A DNA stretch of 64,000 nucleotides. It comes from Mobula hypostoma. Taxonomy: Eukaryota. Each line of letters starts with the position of its first letter. Position 1 is the first letter of the stretch. The notes beneath the pieces are model-generated. The model worked only from the letters and a program-made list of their open reading frames with translations, was not told where the DNA came from and ran no database searches. Location of the stretch: NCBI RefSeq assembly GCF_963921235.1, contig NC_086097.1:868001-932000 (forward strand), in the 5' to 3' direction. Below, one piece after another: positions 10,270 through 23,200 of the stretch. Made by a program: the position numbers and the translations under genes.

Positions 10270-10565
10270 GAAAAAACATAAAATGCATTTTGATCCAAAA
10301 TTATCAAAATGGTCACTATAAAAGTACAAAAGGTCACCATGGTACCAGTTAGTTCAAGAACAGAGTGGTTGAAAGAATTAACTGTTCTTGAACCTGGTGG
10401 TGTGGGAATTCAGGCTTCTAAACTTCCTGCCCAACAATAGTAGTGAGAAGATGGCACAGCCCGAATGGAGGGTGTCTTTGATGATGAGATAGCCTTCTTT
10501 AGACAGCGTCTCCAGTAAATACCAGCGATGATGAGGAGGGGTGTACCTGTGGATGTGTTGGGCAC
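10270..10565 (-). mobile_element. Rex1/Babar-like LINE C-terminus and 3' UTR (UTR pieces probably continue at ~9310-9382 and ~8820-8925)
   Basis: IIKDTLHSGCAIFSLLLLGRKFRSLNSHTTRFKNS matches the Rex1-type terminal motif IIKDPSHPGH.LF.LLPSGRR.RS...TTRF.NSF. Confidence 0.72.
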
Positions 10566-10569
10566 AGTC

Positions 10570-10705
10570 CAGTAACCAATTCATCAAACTAGTAAAACAC
10601 GATTTGTCCCACACAGAACCATAATCAGTTCATGAGCCACATAGTTCATAATCAGGCCATGGTTTTCCAAATACTCATAAATCCTATCCCTAATAATCCT
10701 CTTGC
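10570..10705 (-). mobile_element. Short CR1 RT fragment
   Basis: Minus strand RIIRDRIYEYLENHGLI, followed by a degenerate KSCFTSLM (KSCLTNLI) segment. Confidence 0.6.
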
Positions 10706-11239
10706 CTACTACTCACACGAGATATACTGGCATATAATCCCTATTTCTCTTAAGCAGCAGAACAAAATTAGCAGGAGTGTGTTTGACCCTGAAAGGCAGC
10801 AGGTCATGGTTGACACCAATATCGTGGCTTTCTCACTCTGACCCACATGGAACAGTATTCCAGAGGCTACAGAGATTCCAGAGGCACTGGTTTCCATCCA
10901 AAGATGACAACATCCAGTGTAAGACCTTGAGATGAGGTGGAAATAATGAAACCCTTTGGCAATGAGGCAATGGTGAAGCTGCTCAGTTTCTCTGACTTTG
11001 AATAAAGTGATTTGTTAGAACTTGTCTCCTTGTATTTTACAAACTACAGAGAGCAGGTCATGATGCCTTCCCAACAACTCTGATCCAATCTGAGACACAC
11101 CCTCAGGTACGAAATGTCATTCCCCCTGGAGATCCTCCATCACTCCCCACCAACCCTACCAACCCCCATTACTCCCCACCCTGACACCAACCACTACCCC
11201 CCAACCCTGCTGACCACCATCACTCCCCATCCCCACACC

Positions 11240-14200
11240 CTCTCACTGACTCCATCAACCTAACCCCCTCACTGACCCCATCAACCTCACCCCCTCACTG
11301 ACCCCCATCAACTTAACCCCCTCACTGATCGTCATCACCGTCATCCTCTCACTGACCCTCATCAACCTCACCCCCTCACTGACCCCATCACCCCCTCACT
11401 GACCCTCATCAACCTCACCCCCTCACTGACCCTCATCACCCTGACCCCCTCACTGACCCTCATCAACCTCACCCCCTCACTGACCCCATCACCCCCTCAC
11501 TGACCCTCATCAACCTCACCCTCTCACTGACCCCATCACCCCCTCACTGACCCATCAACCTCACCCCCTCACTGACCCATCAACCTCACCCCCTCACTGA
11601 CACCATCAGCCCCTCACTGACCCCATCACCCCCTCACTGACCTATCAACCTCACCCCCTCACTGACCCTCATCAGCCTCACCCTCACACTGACCCCCATC
11701 AACCGCACCCCCTCACTGACCCCATCAACCTCACCCCCTCATTGACCCTCATAAACCTCACCTCTCACTGACTCCATCAACCACACCGCCTCACTGACCG
11801 CATCACCCCTCACTGACCCTCATCAACCTCACCCTCTCACTGAACCCATCAAACTTACACTCTCACTGACCTCATCAGTCCCTCACTGACCCATCAACCT
11901 CACCCCCTCACTGATCCCATCAGACCCTCACTGACCCCATCACCCCCTCACTGACCCCATCAGCCCCTCACTGACCCCATCAACCTCACCCCGTCACTGA
12001 CCCCCATCAACCTCAGCTCCTCACTGACCCTATCACCCCCTCACTGACCCCATCAATCTCACCCCCTCACTGACCCCATCACCCCCTCACTGACCGATCA
12101 ACCTCACACCCTCACTGACCCCATCACCCCCTCACTGACCCTATCAACCTCACCCCCTCACTGACCCTCATCAATCTCACCCTCTCACTGTCCCCCATCA
12201 ACCTAACCCCCTCACTGACCCCATCGCCCCCTCACTGACCCCATCAACCTCATCCCCTCACTGACCCTCATCAACCTCACCCCCTCACTGACCCCATCAC
12301 CCCCTCACAGACCCTCATCAACCTCACCCCCTCGCTGACCCCATCAACCTCAACCCCTCACTGACCCTATCAACCTCACCTCCTCACTAACCCTCATCAA
12401 CCTCAACCTCACTGACCCCCATGAACCTCACCCCCTCACTGACCCCATCACCCCCTCACTGACCCTCATCAACCTCACCTCCTCACTGACCCTCATCAAT
12501 CTCACCCTCTCACTGTCCCCCATCAACCTAACGCCCTCACTGACGCCATCGCCCCCTCACTGACCCCATCAACCTCACCCCCTCACTGACCCTCATCAAC
12601 CTCACCCCCTCAACAGACCCTCATCAACCTCACCCACTCACTGACCCCATCACCCACTCACTGACCCCATCACCCCCTCACTGACCCCATCAACCTCACC
12701 CCCTCACTGACCCCATCAACCTCACCTCCTCACTGACCCCATCACCCCCTCACTGACCCCATCAACCTCATCCCCTCACTGACCCTCATCAACCTCACCC
12801 CCTCGCTGACCCCATCAATCTCACCCCCTCAATGACCCTCATCAACCTCACCCCCTCACTGACCCATCAACCTCAACCCCTCACTGACCCTCATCAACCT
12901 CACCCTCACTGACCCCATCAACCTCACCCCCTCACTGACCCTATCAACCTCACCTCCTCACTGACCCTCATCAATCTCACCCTCTCACTGTCCCCCATCA
13001 ACCTAACGCCCTCACTGACGCCATCGCCCCCTCACTGACCCCATCAACCTCACCCCCTCACTGACCCTCATCAACCTCACCCCCTCAACAGACCCTCATC
13101 AACCTCACCCACTCACTGACCCCATCACCCACTCACTGACCCCATCACCCCCTCACTGACCCCATCAACCTCACCCCCTCACTGACCCCATCAACCTCAC
13201 CTCCTCACTGACCCCATCACCCCCTCACTGACCCCATCAACCTCACCCCCTCACTGACCCTCATCAACCTCACCCCCTCGCTGACCCCATCAATCTCACC
13301 CCCTCAATGACCCTCATCAACCTCACCCCCTCACTGACCCATCAACCTCAACCCCTCACTGACCCTCATCAACCTCACCCTCACTGACCCCATCAACCTC
13401 ACCCCCTCACTAACCCTATCAACCTCACCTCCTCACTAACCCTCATCAACCTCACCCTCACTGACCCCCATGAACCTCACCCCCTCACTGACCCCATCAC
13501 CCTCTCACTGACCCTATCAACCTCACCTCCTCACTGACCCCATCAGCCCATCACTGACCCTATCAACCTCACCCCCTCAATGACCCTCATCAACCTCACC
13601 CCCTCACTGACCCATCAACCTCAACCCCTCACTGACCCTCATCAACCTCACCCTCACTGACCCCATCAACCTCACCCCCTCACTGACCCTATCAACCTCA
13701 CCTCCTCACTAACCCTCATCAACCTCACCCTCACTGACCCCCATGAACCTCACCCCCTCACTGACCCCATCACCCTCTCACTGACCCTATCAACCTCACC
13801 TCCTCACTGACCCCATCAGCCCATCACTGACCCTATCAACCTCACCCCCTCACTGACCCTCATCAATCTCACCCTCTCACTGTCCCCCATCAACCTAATG
13901 CCCTCACTGACCCCAACTGGCCCCATCAACCTCACCCCCTCACTGACCCTCATCAACCTCACCCCCTCACTGACTCCATCAACCTCACCCCCTCACAGAC
14001 CCTCATCAACCTCACCCCCTCAACAGACCCTCATCAACCTCACCCACTCCCTGACCCCATCACCCCCTCACTGACCCCATCAACCTCACCCCCTCAATGA
14101 CCCTCATCAACCTCACACCCTCACTGACCCATCAACCTCACCCCCTCACTGACCCTATCAACCTCACCCCCTCACTGACCCTCATCAACCTCACCCTCAC

Positions 14201-17200
14201 TGACCCCCATCAACCTCACCCACTCACTGACCCCATCACCCCCTCACTGACCCCATCAACCTCACACTCTCACTGACCCCATCAGCCCCTCACTGACCCC
14301 ATCAACACCTCACTGACCCTATCAACCTCACCCCCTCACTAACCCCATCAGACCCTCACTGACCCCATCAACCTCACCTCCTCACTGACCCCCATCAACC
14401 TCACCTCCTCACTGACCCTATCACCCCCTCACTGACCCCATCACCCCCTCACTGACCCCATCAGACCCTCACTGACCCCATCAAACTTACACTCTCACTG
14501 ACCTCATCAGTCCCTCACTGACCCATCAACCTCACCCCCTCACTGATCCCATCAGACCGTCACTGACCCCATCACCCCCTCACTGACCCCATCTGACCCT
14601 CACTGACCCCATCAGCCCCTCACTGACCCCATCAACCTCACCCCGTCACTGACCCCCATCAACCTCAGCTCCTCACTGACCCTATCACCCCCTCACTGAC
14701 CCTATCAATCTCACCTCCTCACTGACCATCATCAATCTCACCCTCTCACTGTCCCCCATCAACCTAACCCCCTCACTGACCCCATCGCCCCCTCACTGAC
14801 CCCATCAACCTCACCCCCTCACTGACCCTCATCAACCTCACCCCCTCAATGACCCTCATCAACCTCACCCCCTCACTGACTCCATCAACCCACCCCCTCA
14901 CTGACCCTATCAGTCTCACCCCCTCAATGACCCTCATCAACCTCACCCCCTCACTGACCCTATCAACCTCACCTCCTCACTGACCCCATCAGCCCATCAC
15001 TGACCCCATCAGCCCATCACTGACCCTATCAACCTCACCCCCTCAATGACCCTCATCAACCTCACCCCCTCACTGACCCATCAACCTCAACCCCTCACTG
15101 ACCCTCATCAACCTCACCCTCACTGACCCCATCAACCTCACCCCCTCACTGACCCTATCAACCTCACCTCCTCACTAACCCTCATCAACCTCACCCTCAC
15201 TGACCCCCATGAACCTCACCCCCTCACTGACCCCATCACCCTCTCACTGACCCTATCAACCTCACCTCCTCACTGACCCCATCAGCCCATCACTGACCCT
15301 ATCAACCTCACCCCCTCACTGACCCTCATCAATCTCACCCTCTCACTGTCCCCCATCAACCTAATGCCCTCACTGACCCCATCGCCCCCTCACTGGCCCC
15401 ATCAACCTCACCCCCTCACTGACCCTCATCAACCTCACCCCCTCACTGACTCCATCAACCTCACCCCCTCACAGACCCTCATCAACCTCACCCCCTCAAC
15501 AGACCCTCATCAACCTCACCCACTCCCTGACCCCATCACCCCCTCACTGACCCCATCAACCTCACCCCCTCAATGACCCTCATCAACCTCACACCCTCAC
15601 TGACCCATCAACCTCACCCCCTCACTGACCCTATCAACCTCACCCCCTCACTGACCCTCATCAACCTCACCCTCACTGACCCCCATCAACCTCACCTACT
15701 CACTGACCCCATCACCCCCTCACTGACCCCATCAACCTCACCCCCTCACTGACCCCATCAGCCCCTCACTGACCCCATCAACACCTCACTGACCCTATCA
15801 ACCTCACCCCCTCACTAACCCCATCAGACCCTCACTGACCCCATCAACCTCACCTCCTCACTGACCCCCATCAACCTCACCTCCTCACTGACCCTATCAC
15901 CCCCTCACTGACCCCATCACCCCCTCACTGACCCCATCAGACCCTCACTGACCCCATCAAACTTACACTCTCACTGACCTCATCAGTCCCTCACTGACCC
16001 ATCAACCTCACCCCCTCACTGATCCCATCAGACCGTCACTGACCCCATCACCCCCTCACTGACCCCATCTGACCCTCACTGACCCCATCAGCCCCTCACT
16101 GACCCCATCAACCTCACCCCGTCACTGACCCCCATCAACCTCAGCTCCTCACTGACCCTATCACCCCCTCACTGACCCTATCAATCTCACCTCCTCACTG
16201 ACCATCATCAATCTCACCCTCTCACTGTCCCCCATCAACCTAACCCCCTCACTGACCCCATCGCCCCCTCACTGACCCCATCAACCTCACCCCCTCACTG
16301 ACCCTCATCAACCTCACCCCCTCAATGACCCTCATCAACCTCACCCCCTCACTGACTCCATCAACCTCACCCCCTCACTGACCCTATCAGTCTCACCCCC
16401 TCAATGACCCTCATCAACCTCACCCCCTCACTGACCCCATCACCCTCTCACTGACCCTATCAACCTCACCTCCTCACTGACCCCATCAGCCCATCACTGA
16501 CCCTATCAACCTCACCCCCTCAATGACCCTCGTCAACCTCACCCCCTCACTGACCCTATCAACCTCACCTCCTCACTGACCCTCATCAACCTCACCCTCA
16601 CAGACCCCCATCAACCTCACCCCCTCACTGACCCTATCAACCTCACCTCCTCACTAACCCTCATCAACCTCCCCTCACTGACCCCATCACCCCCTCACTG
16701 ACCCCATCACCCTCTCACTGACCCCATCAACCTCACCTCCTCACTGACCCCATCAGCCCATCACTGACCCTATCAATCTCACCCTCTCACTGTCCCCCAT
16801 CAACCTAACGCCCTCACTGACCCCATCGCCTCCTCACTGACCCCATCAACCTCACCCCCTCACTGACCCTCATCAACCTCACCCCCTCACTGACTCCATC
16901 AACCTCACCCCCTCACTGACCCTCATCAACCTCACCCCCTCAACAGACCCTCATCAACCTCACCCACTCCCTGACCCCATCACCCCCTCACTGACCCCAT
17001 CAACCTCACCCCCTCAATGACCCTCATCAACCTCACCCTCACTGACCCATCAACCTCACCCCCTCACTGACCCTATCAACCTCACCCCCTCACTGACCCT
17101 CATCAACCTCACCCTCACTGACCCCCATCAACCTCACCTACTCACTGACCCCATCACCCCCTCACTGATCCCATCAACCTCACACTCTCACTGACCCCAT

Positions 17201-20200
17201 CAGCCCCTCACTGACCCCATCAACACCTCACTGACCCTATCAACCTCACCCCCTCACTAACCCCATCAGACCCTCACTGACCCCATCAACCTCACCTCCT
17301 CACTGACCCTATCACCCCCTCACTGACCCCATCACCCCCTCACTGACCCCATCAGACCCTCACTGACCCCATCAAACTTACACTCTCACTGACCTCATCA
17401 GTCCCTCACTGACCCCATCAACCTCACCCCCTCACTGATCCCATCAGACCGTCACTGACCCCATCACCCCCTCACTGACCCCATCTGACCCTCACTGACC
17501 CCATCAGCCCCTCACTGACCCCATCAACCTCACCCCGTCACTGACCCCCATCAACCTCAGCTTCTCACTGACCCTATCACCCCCTCACTGACCCCATCAA
17601 TCTCACCTCCTCACTGACCCTCATCAATCTCACCCCCTCACTGACCCTATCAATCTCACCTCCTCACTGACCCTCATCAATCTCACCCTCTCACTGTCCC
17701 CCATCAACCTAACCCCCTCACTGACCCCATCGCCCCCTCACTGACCCCATCAACCTCACCCCCTCAATGACCCTCATCAACCTCACCCCCTCACTGACTC
17801 CATCAACCTCACCCCCTCACTGACCCCATCACCACCTCACAGACCCTCATCAACCTCACCCCCTCGCTGACCCCATCAGTCTCACCCCCTCAATGACCCT
17901 CATCAACCTCACCCCCTCACTGACCCATCAACCTCAACCCCTCACTGACCCTATCAACCTCACCTCCTCACTAACCCTCATCAACCTCACCCTCACTGAC
18001 CCCCATGAACCTCACCCCCTCACTGACCCCATCACCCCCTCACTGACCCCATCACCCCCTCACTGACCCCATCAATCTCACCCTCTCACTGACCCCATCA
18101 ACCTCACCTCCTCACTGACCCCATCAGCCCCTCACTGACCCCATCAACCTCACCCCCTCACTAACCCTCATCAACCTCACCCACTCACTGACTCCTTCAA
18201 CCTCACCCCCTCACTGACCCTCATCAACCTCACCCCCTCAACTGACCCTCATCAACCTCACCCCCTCACTGACCCTCATCAACCTCACCCCCTCACTGAC
18301 CCCATCAACCTCACCCCCTCACTGACCCTCATCAACCTGACCCCCTCACTGACTCCATCAACCTCACCCCCTCACAGACCCTCATCAACCTCACCCCCTC
18401 AACAGACCCTCATCAACCTCACCCACTCACTGACCCCATCACCCCCTCACTGACCCCATCAACCTCACCCCCACACTGACCCCATCAACCTCACCCCCTC
18501 AATGACCCTCATCAACCTCACACCCTCACTGACCAATCAACCTCACCCCCTCACTGACCCTATCAACCTCACCCCCTCACTGACCCTCATCAACCTCACC
18601 CTCACTGACCCCCATCAACCTCACCCACTCACTGACCCCATCACCCCCTCACAGACCCATCAACCTCACCCCCTCACTGACCCCATCAGCCACTCACTGA
18701 CCCCATCAACACCTCACTGACCCTATCAACCTCAACCCCTCACTAACCCCATCAGACCCTCACAGACCCATCAACCTCACCCCCTCACTGACCCCATCAG
18801 CCACTCACTGACCCCATCAACACCTCACTGACCCTATCAACCTCACCCCCTCACTAACCCCATCAGACCCTCACAGACCCATCAACCTCACCCCCTCACT
18901 GACCCCATCAGCCACTCACTGACCCCATCAACACCTCACTGACCCTATCAACCTCACCCCCTCACTAACCCCATCAGACCCTCACTGACCCCATCAACCT
19001 CACCCCCTCACTGACCCCCATCAACCTCACCTCCTCACTGACCCTATCACCCCCTCACTGACCCCATCACCCCCTCACTGACCCCATCAGACCCTCACTG
19101 ACCCCATCAAACTTACACTCTCACTGACCTCATCAGTCCCTCACTGACCCATCAACCTCACCCCCTCACTGATCCCATCAGACCCTCACTGACCCCATCA
19201 CCCCCTCACTGACCCCATCTGACCCTCACTGACCCCATCAGCCCCTCACTGACCCCATCAACCTCACCCCGTCACTGACCCCCATCAACATCAGCTCCTC
19301 ACTGACCCTATCACCCCCTCACTGACCCTATCAATCTCACCTCCTCACTGACCCTCATCAATCTCACCCCCTCACTGACCCTATCAATCTCATCTCCTCA
19401 CTGACCCTCATCAATCTCACCCTCTCACTGTCCCCCATCAACCTAACCCCCTCACTGACCCCATCGCCCCCTCACTGACCCCATCAACCTCACCCCCTCA
19501 ATGACCCTCATCAACCTCACCCCCTCACTGACTCCATCAACCTCACCCCCTCACTGACCCCATCACCCCCTCACAGACCCTCATCAACCTCACCCCCTCG
19601 CTGACCCCATCAGTCTCACCCCCTCAATGACCCTCATCAACCTCACCCCCTCACTGACCCATCAACCTCAACCCCTCACTGACCCTATCAACCTCACCTC
19701 CTCACTAACCCTCATCAACCTCACCCTCACTGACCCCCATGAACCTCACCCCCTCACTGACCCCATCACCCTCTCACTGACCCTATCAACCTCACCCCCT
19801 CACTGACCCTCATCAATCTCACCCTCTCACTGTCCCCCATCAAGCTAACGCCCTCACTGACCCCATCGCCCCCTCACTGACCCCATCAACCTCACCCCCT
19901 CACTAACCCTCATCAACCTCACCCACTCACTGACTCCTTCAACCTCACCCCCTCACAGACCCTCATCAACCTCACCCCCTCAACAGACCCTCATCAACCT
20001 CACCCACTCACTGACCCCATCACCCACTCACTGACCCCATCAACCTCACCCCCTCACTGACCCTCATCAACCTGACCCCCTCACTGACTCCATCAACCTC
20101 ACCCCCTCACAGACCCTCATCAACCTCACCCCCTCAACAGACCCTCATCAACCTCACCCACTCACTGACCCCATCACCCCCTCACTGACCCCATCAACCT

Positions 20201-23200
20201 CACCCCCTCACTGACCCCATCAACCTCACCCCCTCAATGACCCTCATCAACCTCACACCCTCACTGACCAATCAACCTCACCCCCTCACTGACCCTATCA
20301 ACCTCACCCCCTCACTGACCCTCATCAACCTCACCCTCACTGACCCCCATCAACCTCACCCACTCACTGACCCCATCACCCCCTCACAGACCCATCAACC
20401 TCACCCCCTCACTGACCCCATCAGCCACTCACTGACCCCATCAACACCTCACTGACCCTATCAACCTCACCCCCTCACTAACCCCATCAGACCCTCACAG
20501 ACCCATCAACCTCACCCCCTCACTGACCCCATCAGCCACTCACTGACCCCATCAACACCTCACTGACCCTATCAACCTCACCCCCTCACTAACCCCATCA
20601 GACCCTCACAGACCCATCAACCTCACCCCCTCACTGACCCCATCAGCCACTCACTGACCCCATCAACACCTCACTGACCCTATCAACCTCACCCCCACAC
20701 TAACCCCATCAGACCCTCACTGACCCCATCAACCTCACCCCCTCACTGACCCCCATCAACCTCACCTCCTCACTGACCCTATCACCCCCTCACTGACCCC
20801 ATCACCCCCTCACTGACCCCATCAGACCCTCACTGACCCCATCAAACTTACACTCTCACTGACCTCATCAGTCCCTCACTGACCCATCAACCTCACCCCC
20901 TCACTGATCCCATCAGACCCTCACTGACCCCATCACCCCCTCACTGACCCCATCTGACCCTCACTGACCCCATCAGCCCCTCACTGACCCCATCAACCTC
21001 ACCCCGTCACTGACCCCCATCAACATCAGCTCCTCACTGACCCTATCACCCCCTCACTGACCCTATCAATCTCACCTCCTCACTGACCCTTATCAATCTC
21101 ACCCTCTCACTGACTCCATCAACCTCACCCCCTCACTGACCCCATCGCCCCCTCACTGACCCCATCAACCTCACCCCCTCACTGAACCCATCGCCCCCTC
21201 AATGACCCCATCAACCTCACCCCCTCACTGACCCCATCGCCCCCTCACTGACTCCATCAACCTCACCCCCTCACTGACCCCATCACCCCCTCACAGACCC
21301 TCATCAACCTCACCCCCTCACTGACCCTCATCAACCTCACCCCCTCACTGACTCCATCAACCTCACCCCCTCACAGACCCTCATCAACCTCACCCCCTCA
21401 ACAGACCCTCATCAACCTCACCCACTCACTGACCCCATCACCCCCTCACTGACCCCATCAACCTCACCCCCTCAATGACCCTCATCGACCTCACACCCTC
21501 ACTGACCCATCAACCTCACCCCCTCACTGACCCTATCAACCTCACCCCCTCACTGACCCTCATCAACCTCACCCTCACTGACCCCATCAGCCCCTCACTG
21601 ACCCATCGACCTCACCCCTTCACTGACCCCATCAGCCCCTCACTGACCCCATCACCCCCTCACTGACCCACTCTGACCCTCACTGACCCTATCAACCTCA
21701 CCCCCTCACTGACCCCATCAGCCCCTCACTGACCCCATCAACCTCACCCCCTCACTGACCCCCATCAACCTCACCCCCTCACTGACCCCATCAGCCCCTC
21801 ACTGACCCCATCAACCTCACCTCCTCACTGACCCTATCACCCCCTCACTGACCCTATCAACCTCACCTCCTCACTGACTCCATCAACTTCACCCTCTCAC
21901 TGACCCTATCAACCTCACCCCCTCACTGACCCATCAACATCACCCCCTCATTGACCCTATCAACCTCACCTCCTCACTGACCCTCATCAACCTCACCCTC
22001 ACTGACCCCCATGAACCTCACCCCCTCACTGACCCCATCACCCCCTCACTGACCCTATCAACCTCACACTCTCACTGACCCCATCAGCCCCTCACTGACC
22101 CTATCAACCTCACATCCTCACTGACCCATCAACCTCACCCCCTCACTGACACCATCAGCCCCTCACTGACCCCATCAACTTCACCCCCTCACTGACCCCA
22201 TCAGCCCCTCACTGACCCCATCACCCACTCACTGACCCTATCAACCTCACCCCCTCACTGACCCTCATCAACCTCACCCCCTCAATGACCCTCATCAACC
22301 TCACCCCCTCACTGACTCCATCAACCTCACCCCCTCAACTGACCCTCAGCAACCTCACCGTCTCACTGACCCCATCACTCCTCACTGACCCCATCAACGT
22401 CACCCCCTCACTGACCCCATCAACCTGACCCCCTCAATGACCCTATCAACCTCACCCCCTCACTGACCCTCATCAACCTCATCCCCTCACTGACCCTATC
22501 AACCTCACCCCCTCACTGACCCTCATCAACCTCACCCTCACTGACCCCAATCAACCTCACCCCCTCACTGACCCCATCAGCCCCTCACTGACCCCATCAA
22601 CACCTCACTGACCCTATCAACCTCACCCCCTCACTAACCCCATCAGACCCTCACTGACCCCATCAAACTTACACTCTCACTGACCTCATCAGTCCCTCAC
22701 TGACCCATCAACCTCACCCCCTCACTGATCCCATCAGACCCTCACTGACCCCATCACCCCCTCACTGACCCCATCTGACCCTCACTGACCCCATCAGCCC
22801 CTCAATGACCCCATCAACCTCACCCCGTCACTGACCCCCATCAACCTCAGCTCCTCACTGACCCTATCACCCCTTCCCTGACCCTATCAATCTCAACTCC
22901 TCACTGACCCCATCAACCTCACCCTCTCACTGACCCTATCAACCTCACCTCCTCACTGACCCCATCAGCCCTTCACTGACCCTATCAACCTAACCCCCTC
23001 ACTGACCCCATCGCCCCCTCACTGACCCATCAACCTCAACCCCTCACTGACCCTATCAACCTCATCTCCTCACTAGCCCTCATCAACCTCACCCTCACTG
23101 ACCCCCATAAACCTCACCCCCTCACTGACCCCATCACCCTCTCACTGACCCTATCAACCTCATCTCCTCACTAGCCCTCATCAACCTCACCCTCACTGAC

